Shown here piece after piece: positions 1-10,529 of a DNA stretch of 36,807 nt. Position 1 is the stretch's first letter. Each line of letters begins with the position of its first letter. Location of the stretch: assembly GCA_019244185.1 (NCBI GenBank), contig JAFATB010000003.1, positions 1-36,807 of the forward strand, given 5' to 3'. The notes beneath the pieces were generated by a model that did no database searches, was not told the DNA's origin, and saw only the letters and a program-made list of their open reading frames with translations. The DNA is from Acidobacteriota bacterium (GTDB lineage Bacteria; Acidobacteriota; Thermoanaerobaculia; Gp7-AA8). The translations under genes and the position numbers were made by a program.

Positions 1-792
1 CTTGTCGAGATCGAGATCGGCGATGACGAGTTCCGTCTTGTCGCGCGAGCCCATCGCGAGGAACTGGCCACGAGGATCGCAGAAATAGCTCTGGCCATAG
101 AACTCGCCGATATTCCACGGCGCTTCCGTCCCAACGCGGTTGATGGCGCCGATGAAATAGGTGTTGGCGACGGCGTGCGCGGGTTGTTCCAGTTTCCACA
201 GGTATTCGGAAAGGCCGGCGACGGTGGCCGACGGATTGAACACGATGTCCGCGCCGCCGAGACCGAGGGCGCGGGCGCCTTCGGGGAAATGGCGGTCGTA
301 GCAGATGTAGACGCCGACTTTGCCGTACGCCGTGTCGAAGACGGGATAGCCGAGGTTGCCGGGGCGGAAGTAGAACTTCTCCCAGAAACCGGGCGCGACG
401 TGCGGGATGTGGTTCTTGCGGTACTTGCCGAGGTACTTGCCGTCGGCGTCGATCACGGCGGCGGTGTTGTAGTAGACGCCGGTCGATTCCTCTTCATAGA
501 TCGGCACGACGATGACCATGCGGTACTTCGCCGCGTACTCCTGCATCAGCTTCGTGGTCGGCCCGTCGGGGATCTTCTCGACGGAGTCGTACCAGCGCGT
601 GTTCTGTTCGGCGCAGAAGTACGGACCGGTGAAGATCTCCTGCATGCAGAGCATCTGCACGCCTTCCTGTCCCGCCTGATCGATGTACTGCAGCGTGCGC
701 TCGAGCTGCGCGTTGCGAATGGTCTCGAGCGAGTCGGTGACGTCCGCCGCGAGCTTGGTCTGGATGAGGCCTGCCTTGACGATTCGGGACAT
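1..792 (-). CDS. Nitrilase-family carbon-nitrogen hydrolase, probable beta-ureidopropionase (3' end runs off the window)
   Basis: Not in the ORF track. My translation of the minus strand from ATG at 792 reads MSRIVKAGLIQ...MQEIFTGPYFC...YRKNHIPH...FWEKFYFRPGNLGYPVF...ICYDRHFPEGAR, containing the Glu-Lys-Cys triad. AAGGAG RBS upstream; lies directly downstream of dihydropyrimidinase. Confidence 0.9.
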   Translation of the reverse strand, partial: MSRIVKAGLIQTKLAADVTDSLETIRNAQLERTLQYIDQAGQEGVQMLCMQEIFTGPYFCAEQNTRWYDSVEKIPDGPTTKLMQEYAAKYRMVIVVPIYEEESTGVYYNTAAVIDADGKYLGKYRKNHIPHVAPGFWEKFYFRPGNLGYPVFDTAYGKVGVYICYDRHFPEGARALGLGGADIVFNPSATVAGLSEYLWKLEQPAHAVANTYFIGAINRVGTEAPWNIGEFYGQSYFCDPRGQFLAMGSRDKTELVIADLDLDK

Positions 793-823
793 GGGTTGGC
801 TCCTTTTCGTGGTGCGCGGGATT

Positions 824-2209
<1,386 letters not shown>

Positions 2210-2229
2210 GCACACTCCTCCGCGCAGCG

Positions 2230-3204
2230 ATGAGCCGCCATTGTACTGTCTCGATCGTGATGCCTTTCCGCGACGCGGCGGCGACGCTGCCGGAGTGCAT
2301 CGCCTCGATCGAAGCGCAGACGTTTCGCGACTTCGAAGTGGTCGCAATCGACGATCGATCGCACGATGATTCAGCCGCGCTCTGCCGCCGCGCGGGCTTC
2401 CGCGTGCTCGCCGCGAACGGTCTCGTCGACGCGCTGAACACGGGCCTCGCCGCCGCGCGCGGCACGTTCATCGCGCGCATGGACGCGGACGATGTGATGC
2501 ATCCGGAGCGGCTCGCCGCGCAGCTCGAACTCATCGAACGCGGCGGCCACGACGTCGTCGCGACGCAGGTGGAGCTCTTTCCCGACGACGCGATCGGCGC
2601 CGGCTACCGCGAGTACATCCGCTGGCAGAACGCGGTGCTCACGCCGGAAGACGTCGACGCGAATCTCTACGTCGAGTCGCCGTTCGCGCATCCGTCCGTG
2701 CTGATGCGCCGCGGCTTCGCGTACGCGAACGGCGCGTTCCCCGAGGATTACGAGCTGTGGCTGAGGCTGCACGCGGAGGGACGGTCGACGGCGAAGGTGC
2801 CGCGCGTGCTGCTGCGCTGGCGCGAGAGCGCAACGCGCGCGTCGCGCACCGATCCTCGCTACGCACGTGCGGCGTTCGATCGCCTCCGCGCGCGCTACCT
2901 CGCGCGCGATCCGCGCGTCGCGAACGCGCAACGCATCGTGATCTGGGGCGCGGGCCAACTCTCGCGCCGCCGCGTGCGTTTGCTCGTCGACCAAGGCATC
3001 CGCTTCGATGCGTGGGTCGACATCGATCCGCGCAAGATCGGCCGGCAGCTCTGGGGCATTCCGATCCATCCGCACGACTGGCTCGCGGAACAGCGCACGT
3101 TCGTGCTCATCTATGTGACGAACCATCACGCGCGCGACTGGATCAGCGAGACGCTTACCGGCTGGGGCTATCGCATCGGACACGACTTTCTCGCCGTCGG
3201 CTGA
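2230..3204 (+). CDS. Glycosyltransferase family 2 with C-terminal Rossmann-like segment
   Basis: VSIVMP, IDDRSHD, ARMDADD and EDYELWLRL motifs; C-terminal IWGAG. Confidence 0.9.
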   Translation: MSRHCTVSIVMPFRDAAATLPECIASIEAQTFRDFEVVAIDDRSHDDSAALCRRAGFRVLAANGLVDALNTGLAAARGTFIARMDADDVMHPERLAAQLELIERGGHDVVATQVELFPDDAIGAGYREYIRWQNAVLTPEDVDANLYVESPFAHPSVLMRRGFAYANGAFPEDYELWLRLHAEGRSTAKVPRVLLRWRESATRASRTDPRYARAAFDRLRARYLARDPRVANAQRIVIWGAGQLSRRRVRLLVDQGIRFDAWVDIDPRKIGRQLWGIPIHPHDWLAEQRTFVLIYVTNHHARDWISETLTGWGYRIGHDFLAVG

Positions 3205-3216
3205 TAAGGTGTCGCC

Positions 3217-4089
3217 GTGCGCCCCTCGGTCCTGGACGCGATTCTCCCCGTTTACGTCTCTGCCGCGCGCCCGCCGCGCGACGCGCGCCTCGTGTCGTTC
3301 GGCGAACGCGTCGAAGGCAGCGTGCACGTGCCGCTGCGCCAGCTCGGCCGCGAGCCGCTCGTCGAAGCGTGGCGCCTCGACGACGACGTGCTCTTCGGCT
3401 CGATGAGCGTCGAGCAGGAGACGCAGCCGCTCGCGCAGATCGCGCACGACGTCTACGCGCGCCTCATCGCCGATGTGCGCGCCGCGGGGCATCCGTACTT
3501 TCTGCGGATGTGGAACCACGTCGGCGCCATCAACGAGCTTGATGAAGGTCGCGAGCGCTATCAGCTCTTCTGCGCCGGACGCCACGACGCGTTCGTCGAG
3601 GCCGGCTATCACCACGACGTCGATCTGCCCGCGGCGAGCGCGGTCGGCACGCACGGCCACGGCCTCGTCGTCTACTTCCTCGCCTCGCGCGAGCCGGGCG
3701 TGCAGGTCGAGAATCCGCGGCAGGTCGCCGCCTACGACTATCCGCCGCAGTACGGTCCGAAGAGTCCGTCGTTCTCGCGCGCGACGATCTGGCGCGACAC
3801 GATCTTCGTCTCCGGCACGTCGAGCGTCGTCGGCCACGCGACCGTGCATGCGGACGTCGGCGCGCAGCTCGACGAAACGCTGCGCAACATCGAGACGGTG
3901 CTGCGCCGCGCGACGCCGAACGGCGGCCTCGCCAACATTGCCGCGGCGAAGACGTACATCCGCCGCGCCGCCGACTCCGAGCTCATCGCCCGCCGCCTCG
4001 AAGGCGTGTTCCCCAGTCACCTGCTCGTCGAAGCCGACATCTGCCGCGCCGATCTCCTCCTCGAGATCGAGGCGGTCGCCCGCGTCTGA
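3217..4089 (+). CDS. Chorismatase, FkbO/Hyg5/XanB2 family
   Basis: RMWN, RYQLFCAGR, PAASAVG, ENPRQVAAYDYPPQYGPKSPSFSRA, VSGT and DICRADLLLEIEA motifs. Confidence 0.85.
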   Translation: MRPSVLDAILPVYVSAARPPRDARLVSFGERVEGSVHVPLRQLGREPLVEAWRLDDDVLFGSMSVEQETQPLAQIAHDVYARLIADVRAAGHPYFLRMWNHVGAINELDEGRERYQLFCAGRHDAFVEAGYHHDVDLPAASAVGTHGHGLVVYFLASREPGVQVENPRQVAAYDYPPQYGPKSPSFSRATIWRDTIFVSGTSSVVGHATVHADVGAQLDETLRNIETVLRRATPNGGLANIAAAKTYIRRAADSELIARRLEGVFPSHLLVEADICRADLLLEIEAVARV

Positions 4090-5078
4090 TGCTCGACTTC
4101 CGGTCCGACAACACGCACGGCGCTTCTCTCGAAATCCTCGACGCGCTCGCGCGCGCGAACGGCGGCAGCGTGACGTCGTACGGCGGCGACGCGATCACCG
4201 CGCGCCTCCGCGATCGCGTCCGCGAGCTCTTCGAAACGGACTGCGAGATCTACCCCGTGCTCACCGGCACCGCCGGCAATTCGCTCGCGATCGCGTCGAT
4301 GACGCGTCCCGGCGACACGGTGCTCTGCCACGCCGACGCGCACGTCGTCCGCGATGAAGACGGCGCCCCGCAGTTTTTCAGCGGCGCGCAACTCGCCCCG
4401 ATTTCCGGCGCCCGCGGCAAGCTCCACCGCGACGATCTCCCGTCCGGCGCCGCCTGCCTCAGCCTCACGAACGCAACCGAAGCCGGCACGGTCTACACGC
4501 CGGACGAGCTCCGCGCGCTCACCCGCGACGCGAACCATCGCGTGCACGTCGACGGCGCCCGCTTCGCGAACGCGCTCGTCTCGCTCGGCTGCACGCCCGC
4601 CGATCTCACCTGGCGCTCCGGCATCGACGTCCTGGTCCTCGGCGGCACGAAGAACGGTCTCCTCGCCGCGGAACTGCTCGTCGTCTTCCGCAAGAATCTC
4701 GACCTCACGACGCGCATCCACCGCGGCGGCCACCGCGTCTCGAAGATGCGCTTCGTCTCCGCCCAACTCGAGGCGTACCTCTCCGACGATCTGTGGCTCC
4801 GCAACGCCCGACACGCCAACGTCGCCGCACAAAAAATCGCGAACGGCATTCGCGACGTCGTCGAACTCGTGCAACCCGTCGAAGCAAACGTGCTGTTCGT
4901 CCGCCTGCCGCAACGTCCGAAGGATGTCCTGCTCTACGACTGGCCGATCTACGGCTCCGACGTGTACCGGGTCGTCACCGGCTGGAGCACGACGGACGCG
5001 GACGTGCAGGCGTTGATTGAAACGCTGACGAGGAGCGCCTCCGGCGGGCCGGCGCGGCCGGCAGCGCTGAGGGCCTAG
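4089..5078 (+). CDS. ltaE: Low-specificity L-threonine aldolase (PLP-dependent)
   Basis: DFRSDN, TGTAGN, HVDGARF and GGTKNG (PLP lysine) motifs; 1-nt overlap (TGATG) with the upstream gene. Confidence 0.88.
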   Translation: MLDFRSDNTHGASLEILDALARANGGSVTSYGGDAITARLRDRVRELFETDCEIYPVLTGTAGNSLAIASMTRPGDTVLCHADAHVVRDEDGAPQFFSGAQLAPISGARGKLHRDDLPSGAACLSLTNATEAGTVYTPDELRALTRDANHRVHVDGARFANALVSLGCTPADLTWRSGIDVLVLGGTKNGLLAAELLVVFRKNLDLTTRIHRGGHRVSKMRFVSAQLEAYLSDDLWLRNARHANVAAQKIANGIRDVVELVQPVEANVLFVRLPQRPKDVLLYDWPIYGSDVYRVVTGWSTTDADVQALIETLTRSASGGPARPAALRA

Positions 5079-5147
5079 CCAGTACGCACGTGCGTCTAGG
5101 CTAGGCCCTCAGCGCCGCCGGCCGCGCCGGCCCGCCGGAGGCGCTCC
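5032..5147. repeat. 116-bp near-perfect inverted repeat (REP/REPIN-like) between convergent genes
   Basis: Arms 5032-5080 and 5099-5147 are 49-bp reverse complements with one mismatch; the spacer contains the palindrome ACGCACGTGCGT. Confidence 0.9.
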
Positions 5148-5169
5148 CGGTCGTCACCCTCACGCAAGC

Positions 5170-5802
5170 TCAATATTTCCCGCCGCACTCCGGACAGAAC
5201 TTCGGCGAGCCTTCGGCTTCGTGGCCGCAGTCGTTGCAGGTCTTCTTCGCGCTCAGCGTCGTTCCGCATTCCTGGCAGAACTTCCCGCCTTGTGTTTTCG
5301 CGCCGCAGTGCGGGCATACCGCGCCGCTGACGGTGCGGATGTCGCGTTGCTTCGTCCAGTCGACGGTGCGGGCCTTCTCGTGGATCTGTTCGCGCGCGGC
5401 TTCGGCCTGGGCGGCGGCCATCTCCTCATCGAGATCGGGCGCGCAGTTCTCGCAGAGGCCGGCCTTCTTGTTCCAGCAGATCGGCTCGCAGACCCAGTTG
5501 CCGCAGCGCGTGCACTGCTTGAATGTCGGCGCGATTTCCTTGACCGCGTTCTTGAGCGCCGAATCGTGGGCGGGACCGCCGACGGCGCGTTGGACTTCGT
5601 AGGCGCTGTCGGCCACGCCGCTGAACATGCCGCCGAGGAAACCGCTGGCGACGCGGGCGGCCGAGCCGAGCATCCCGATCTTGGAAGTCTCGAACGACGA
5701 CATGTACCCGTTGTGGCACTTCTCGCAATAGAACTTGAACTGATACCCGCGGTCGGTCGAGAGGTCTTCGTAGTTGCCGGTGAACGGAATGGCTGGAGGC
5801 AT
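5170..5802 (-). CDS. Multi zinc-ribbon (double zinc ribbon) domain protein
   Basis: MPPAIPFTGNYEDLSTDRGYQFKFYCEKC start with GGAG RBS; CxxC pairs CEKC, CTRC, CENC, CPHC, CQEC, CNDC and CPEC. It is the C-terminal 210 aa of listed ORF 5170..7599. Confidence 0.88.
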   Translation of the reverse strand: MPPAIPFTGNYEDLSTDRGYQFKFYCEKCHNGYMSSFETSKIGMLGSAARVASGFLGGMFSGVADSAYEVQRAVGGPAHDSALKNAVKEIAPTFKQCTRCGNWVCEPICWNKKAGLCENCAPDLDEEMAAAQAEAAREQIHEKARTVDWTKQRDIRTVSGAVCPHCGAKTQGGKFCQECGTTLSAKKTCNDCGHEAEGSPKFCPECGGKY

Positions 5803-5856
5803 GGGAGTTTCTCCGGATCGTGTGATGAACGGCTGACGAATTATCATCGCCCGCGC

Positions 5857-7785
5857 ATGAGCAGGCAACACGTGAGCGCGGCGCTCGTCTTCGCGGCGCT
5901 GTCGATCGCGATGACCTGGCCGCTGCTCCCGAACCTCGGCACCGCCGTTTCGGATCCCGGCGATCCGTACATCAACACCTGGATCCTCGACTGGGATTGG
6001 TGGGCGACGCTGCATCAGCCGCTGACGCTCTTCGATGCGAACGCGTTGTATCCGGCCAGGCTCACGCTCGCGTTCAGCGAGCACTTGTACGGGATTGCGT
6101 TGCTGCTCTTTCCGCTGCGGGTGATCGGCGTGCCGCCGCTCGCGGCGCACAACGTGGCGATGTTGATGGGGTTCGGGTTCTGCGGCTTCGCGATGTATTT
6201 GCTCGCGTGGCGGCTGACGCGATCGTGGGCGGCGGCGGTGGCGGCGGGTGTCTTCTACGCGTTCGTCCCGTTCCGGTTCACGCATCTGCCGCACGTGCAG
6301 CACGTGTGGGGCGGCTGGTTGCCGCTGATGCTGCTCATGCTGTTGCTGTACGCGGCCGAGCCGGCGCGGCGGTATGCGATCGCGTTCGCGGTGATGTTCG
6401 CGCTGAACGGCCTCACGAACGTGCACTACTTGTTCTTCGGCGCGTTCGCGTGCGGCGTCACGGCGGTGCTGGTGGTGCCGAAGCGCGCGTGGCGTGAGCT
6501 TGCGATCGCGACAGCGTGCGCGTGCGCGGTGCTCGTGCCGTTCCTCGTGCCGTATGCGCTGGCCGCGAAGCAGTACGGCTTGCAGCGGACGTGGGAGGAG
6601 ACGTGGGGCTACTCCGCGTACGCGAGCGACTGGATTGCGGCGTGGGTGGCGCAGCCGGAGCGGCGGCTGTATCCCGGCGCGCTCGCGCTGATCGTCGCGG
6701 CGCTCGCATTGATCGTCGCGCGACGCGAGCGGCCGAAGCTGCTCCTCGGATTGTTGTGGATCGCCATCGGCTTCTGCGGCTCGCTCGGACTGCACTTCGA
6801 GTTTCATCGATTCCTGTTCGGCGCGGTGCCGGGATTCCGCGCGATCCGCGTGCCGGCGCGCTGGGCCGTCATCGCGTACGTCGGGCTCGCGATCCTGATC
6901 GCGCTCTTCACCGCGGTCGTCGAGCGGAAGCATCGCCGGGCGGCGCTGCTCGTGCCGCTCGCGTTCACGATCGCGCTGTGGCAGGCGCCGATTCGCTGGT
7001 ACCTGGCGGCGCCCGCGGCGCCGGTGTACGCGTGGCTCGCGCAGGGACCGCGCACGCCGATCATCGAGCTGCCGATCGAGGCGGAGAACAGCGAGTATCG
7101 CGCGTATCTCCACGCGACGGTGCATCACCGCCCGATGGTCAACGGCATCCCCGTGCTGCCGGAGCGCGCGTCGCTTGCCGCGAAGTTCAATCCGGCGGTT
7201 GCCGACGATTTCGTCGACGCGCTGCATGCGATCGCCGTCGACCTCATCGTCGTGCACGCCGACCTCCTCGGCGCGCGCGCCGAGGAGATCCGCGCGTGGC
7301 TGCGGCGCGAGCTCGCACGCGGACGTCTCGCGTACGTCGCCGACTTCGACACGTCGATCGACGGCGACTGGGTCTTTCGTGTCGCGCCGCGCACGCGCGC
7401 CGCGAATCCGCCGCGGCTCGAGTCGTTCCTGCGCGGCGAGCCGCGCTGCGGCGCGTCGATGATGGGCGCGCTCGACGTGCCTTCGCCGGGAACCGCATTC
7501 CGCTACGACGGCATGTTCTCGGGATGGGCGATCTCGCCGTACGGCATTCGCAGCGTCGACATCTACCTCGAGAATCGCCGCGTGCACTACGCCGCGCACC
7601 TTGGACGCGACGCGGGGCTCGACGCGCGTTGCCCCGGTGATGAGCGCTACGCGCGCAAGCGCTTCGTGCTCGTGCTTCCCGCGCGACCCGCGGCCGTGCG
7701 GCGCGACACCGACGTCCAGGTCGACATCACCGACGAGCGTGGCGTCACGACGTCGCTCGAAGACCGCTGGCTTCGGTGGGAATGA
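5857..7785 (+). CDS. Polytopic membrane protein, probable GT-C-fold glycosyltransferase (PMT/ArnT/YfhO-like)
   Basis: First TM helix followed by DPGDPYINTWILDW; many TM helices; RVPARW and HHRPMVNG motifs; soluble C-terminal domain. Confidence 0.75.
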   Translation: MSRQHVSAALVFAALSIAMTWPLLPNLGTAVSDPGDPYINTWILDWDWWATLHQPLTLFDANALYPARLTLAFSEHLYGIALLLFPLRVIGVPPLAAHNVAMLMGFGFCGFAMYLLAWRLTRSWAAAVAAGVFYAFVPFRFTHLPHVQHVWGGWLPLMLLMLLLYAAEPARRYAIAFAVMFALNGLTNVHYLFFGAFACGVTAVLVVPKRAWRELAIATACACAVLVPFLVPYALAAKQYGLQRTWEETWGYSAYASDWIAAWVAQPERRLYPGALALIVAALALIVARRERPKLLLGLLWIAIGFCGSLGLHFEFHRFLFGAVPGFRAIRVPARWAVIAYVGLAILIALFTAVVERKHRRAALLVPLAFTIALWQAPIRWYLAAPAAPVYAWLAQGPRTPIIELPIEAENSEYRAYLHATVHHRPMVNGIPVLPERASLAAKFNPAVADDFVDALHAIAVDLIVVHADLLGARAEEIRAWLRRELARGRLAYVADFDTSIDGDWVFRVAPRTRAANPPRLESFLRGEPRCGASMMGALDVPSPGTAFRYDGMFSGWAISPYGIRSVDIYLENRRVHYAAHLGRDAGLDARCPGDERYARKRFVLVLPARPAAVRRDTDVQVDITDERGVTTSLEDRWLRWE

Positions 7786-7832
7786 CGTTCTGCTAGCATC
7801 CGCCGCGAAGACGCAACCCTTAAGGAGGAACC

Positions 7833-8662
7833 ATGCGGAAATTGATTTCGCTGCTGCTCGTGGCCTTCGCCGCGACGAGCGCGCTTGCGCAGGTGCGCAC
7901 GCCGCGCCCGAGCCCGTCGGCGACGCTGACCCAGACCGTCGGCCTCACCGACATCACCATCAAGTACAGCCGTCCCGGCGTGAAGGGACGCACGATCTGG
8001 GGCGGACTCGTGCCGTACGACAAGGTTTGGCGTACCGGTGCGAACGAGGCCACGACCATCGCGTTCAGCGACGACGTCCTCGTCAACGGCAACAAGCTCG
8101 CGAAGGGCACGTACGCGATCGAGACCATCCCCGGCCAGGATCAGTGGACGTTGATCTTCAACCGCGTCGCCGATCAGTGGGGCGCGTTCCAGTACGACGC
8201 GACGAAGGACGCGCTGCGCATTCAGGCCAGGCCGCAGACGGCCGACTATCGCGAGTGGCTGACGTTCGAGATCCCGGAGATGACCACCGACACGGCCACG
8301 GTCGTGCTGCGCTGGGAGAAGCTTGCGCTGCCGTTCACGATCGACACGCAGTCGACCGAGAAGACGTGCGTGCTCTCAAGAACGCGATGCAGCCCGACTG
8401 GCGCACGCCGTATCAGGCGGCGAGCTTCGCCTTCGACAACAAGGGCGCCGCCAGCGACGCGGAACTGAACGCGTGGCTCGACCAGTCGCTGAAGGTGAAC
8501 CAGAACACGAACAACCTCTGGCTCAAGGCGCGCCTCGCGCAGCGCGGCGGCAACCTCGCCGACGCGGTGCGCTACGGCGAGATGGCCGTCGCCGCCGCGA
8601 CGCCGGCGCAGACCGATCTCGCCAACGAGATCCGCAAGACGCTCGACAGCTGGAAGAAGTAA
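7833..8662 (+). pseudogene. DUF2911-domain secreted protein with TPR-like C-terminus, interrupted by a 1-nt frameshift near 8367 (pseudogene or sequence error)
   Basis: AAGGAGG RBS and signal peptide; PRPSP, YSRPGVKGRTIWGGLVPYDKVWRTGANEAT. The protein-like sequence continues in the -1 frame (RALKNAMQPDWRTPYQAA...LDSWKK). The span is 830 nt, one short of a multiple of 3. Confidence 0.85.
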
Positions 8663-8679
8663 AGACGTTGACCACCGTC

Positions 8680-8715
8680 CGGACGGGGCCGCGCGCGCGG
8701 TTCCGTCCGTTCCTT
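8680..8715 (+). terminator. Probable intrinsic terminator after the DUF2911 gene
   Basis: Stem CGGACGGGGCCGC / GCGGTTCCGTCCG (two G-U pairs) followed by a weak TTCCTT tail. Confidence 0.55.
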
Positions 8716-8747
8716 GCGGACCAGCCCGCCACCTCCGCAGAAATGCA

Positions 8748-8777
8748 TTGACGTCCATGCTTCGCGACGCCTAACGT
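8748..8777 (+). promoter_or_regulatory. Sigma70-like promoter
   Basis: TTGACG-N18-TAACGT upstream of the GAGGAGG RBS of the gene at 8846. Confidence 0.45.
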
Positions 8778-8845
8778 GACGCTCGCCCACACTGACCGAG
8801 CTCACCGCAGCGGCGTGCGATGCGCCGCACCTGAGGAGGCGTTCA

Positions 8846-10045
8846 ATGCGACTGAACCCGTTTCTCTTCGTCCCGGTGGCCCTGCTCCTCGCTCTTCCGC
8901 TTCGCGCGCAGTGCGGCGTCGAACGCTGGTCGATCAAGACCGGCACCGACTCCGGCGCCTCCGCCATCAATCTAGGCAGCTACGTCTCCAGCACGATCTA
9001 CAACATGCAGCAGTCGGTGCGGCCGGCGTCGATCCCGTCGACGACGCGCGTTGCGCCGCGCGAGACGACGCAGTACCAGGTGAGCGGCACGCTCATCAAG
9101 TACGCGAAGGAAAGCGACTCCGACTATCACCTCGTCATCAAAGACTCCGCCGGCCGCACGATGATCGTCGAGATCCCCGCGCCGAACTGCGTCGGCGCCG
9201 GCAGCCCGTTCGGTCCCGGCATCGCCAACGCGCGCCGGCAGTTCGACGCGCGCTTCACCGCGACGACGTCGTTCAAGACCACGTCGACCGCTGTCACCGT
9301 GCGCGGCGTCGGCTTCTGGGACTTTCTCCACGGCCAGACCGGCGTCTCGCCGAACGGCATCGAGCTGCATTCGGTGCTGAACATCACCTTCCCCGCGTCG
9401 CTGCTCGCGACCGGCGTGCAGTCGCTGCCTGGCGACGAGCCGGCCGCCGATCCGTCGGATGACGTGCACTATCCCGCCGACGTGATCGGCGACGAGGACG
9501 GCGGACGCGTGCGCGTCTACCGTGGCGGTGCGGTGTTGGGCGATGACGCGCTCTTCCACGGTGGCGTCGTCGTCGAAGATCCGTCGGTCGTCATCGTCTT
9601 CGCCGGCGATCGGTGGGACGCCGCGCATCGCGCCGCCGTACAGCGTGCCGTCCGCTCGATGAGCGCCGACGCCGGCTTCCGCGACCTCGATCGCTACGGC
9701 GTGCGCACGTTCGGGCTGCGCGTCAACGCGGTCCAGCTCCCCGAGGCGGGACGCGATCTCTCCGAGCTCGACGTGCAGCGGCTGCTCGCGAATGCGGTCG
9801 AAGACGGGCGCATCCAGCATGTCGACGAGAACGCGATCTATCTCGTGATGCTCGATCCGGCGATGGACGCCTCGATCGCGAGCGATCGCGACTGGCGCTC
9901 GTATCACTCCGAGTTCCATCCGACCGATCTCGCCATGCGCTACGTCGTGGCGCGCGGCGGCCTCGACGAAGCCGCGCTCGGCGACGCAATCCACGCCAGC
10001 GTCTACCGCGCGCTCGTCAACCCCGCGGGGAACGGCTGGTTCTGA
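8846..10045 (+). CDS. Secreted two-domain hypothetical protein (OB-fold-like N-domain, Phi_1/EXORDIUM-like C-domain)
   Basis: Signal peptide and GAGGAGG RBS; CGVERWSIKTGTD...DSDYHLVI...GFWDFLHGQTG...IELH; C-terminal FHGGVVV...YHS...LVNPAGNGWF. Domain calls are by-eye resemblance. Confidence 0.7.
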   Translation: MRLNPFLFVPVALLLALPLRAQCGVERWSIKTGTDSGASAINLGSYVSSTIYNMQQSVRPASIPSTTRVAPRETTQYQVSGTLIKYAKESDSDYHLVIKDSAGRTMIVEIPAPNCVGAGSPFGPGIANARRQFDARFTATTSFKTTSTAVTVRGVGFWDFLHGQTGVSPNGIELHSVLNITFPASLLATGVQSLPGDEPAADPSDDVHYPADVIGDEDGGRVRVYRGGAVLGDDALFHGGVVVEDPSVVIVFAGDRWDAAHRAAVQRAVRSMSADAGFRDLDRYGVRTFGLRVNAVQLPEAGRDLSELDVQRLLANAVEDGRIQHVDENAIYLVMLDPAMDASIASDRDWRSYHSEFHPTDLAMRYVVARGGLDEAALGDAIHASVYRALVNPAGNGWF

Positions 10046-10053
10046 GACTGCGC

Positions 10054-10377
10054 GTGCGCTTCGTCCGCCTCGCCATCGTGGCAACGGCCCTCGTGCTGTT
10101 GCCACGATGTACCGTCTCCGTGTCGCGCTACGCGTTCGAGACCGCGCTGAAAAATCAGGCGAACATCGACCGCATTCACATCGGCCAGACGCTCGCCGAA
10201 GTCGAGAAGATCATGGGCAAGCCGCCCGAACGCCGCAACGCGCGCGTCCGCTTCGACGGCATCTCCATCGAAGAGTGGAGCTACCTCACCGACTACGTCC
10301 GCCGCATGGACACGACCATCACCTTCGTCGGCGGCAAGGTCGACGAGATCCACGCGGCGGGTTGGGAAGAGGAGTGA
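10054..10377 (+). CDS. Small putative lipoprotein, SmpA/OmlA (BamE-like)/DUF3192-type fold
   Basis: GTG start, hydrophobic leader ending in Cys; IHIGQTLAEVEKIMGKP...EEWSY...ITFVGGKV pattern. Confidence 0.7.
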   Translation: MRFVRLAIVATALVLLPRCTVSVSRYAFETALKNQANIDRIHIGQTLAEVEKIMGKPPERRNARVRFDGISIEEWSYLTDYVRRMDTTITFVGGKVDEIHAAGWEEE

Positions 10378-10396
10378 GGGTCGATGCATTGCGCGG

Positions 10397-10426
10397 TTGA
10401 CTTCGACTCCGGCGCGCGCGTACCCT
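10397..10426 (+). promoter_or_regulatory. Sigma70-like promoter for the leader-hen1-pnkp transcript
   Basis: TTGACT (10397-10402), N18, TACCCT (10421-10426). Confidence 0.55.
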
Positions 10427-10436
10427 GCCGCTTCCA

Positions 10437-10529
10437 ATGACGATCCAGCAGCTCGTGTACAAACCCGATTTCGCGGAGATGCGCGAACGCGTCGCCGCGT
10501 ATTCGGGTCAGCCTCGCTCGTCGCCATAG
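10437..10529 (+). CDS. Putative leader peptide (uORF, 30 aa): MTIQQLVYKPDFAEMRERVAAYSGQPRSSP
   Basis: ATG lies 10 nt after the -10 box with no SD. The TAG stop overlaps the first base of the antiterminator arm. Confidence 0.55.
   Translation: MTIQQLVYKPDFAEMRERVAAYSGQPRSSP

Noticed and set aside
5170-7785. 809-aa and 854-aa overlapping ORFs
   Set aside because: Each is a real gene extended by the antisense frame of its divergent neighbour; the true starts are 5802 (-) and 5857 (+).
8355-8385. Programmed -1 ribosomal frameshift in the DUF2911 gene
   Set aside because: No X-XXY-YYZ slippery site at the junction.
8780-8845. Structured 5' UTR (GCGGCGT/GCGCCGC stem, CTCA/TGAG next to the RBS) as a riboswitch
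   Set aside because: Short, and it matches no aptamer consensus I recognise; such stems are common at this GC content. An Rfam scan would settle it.
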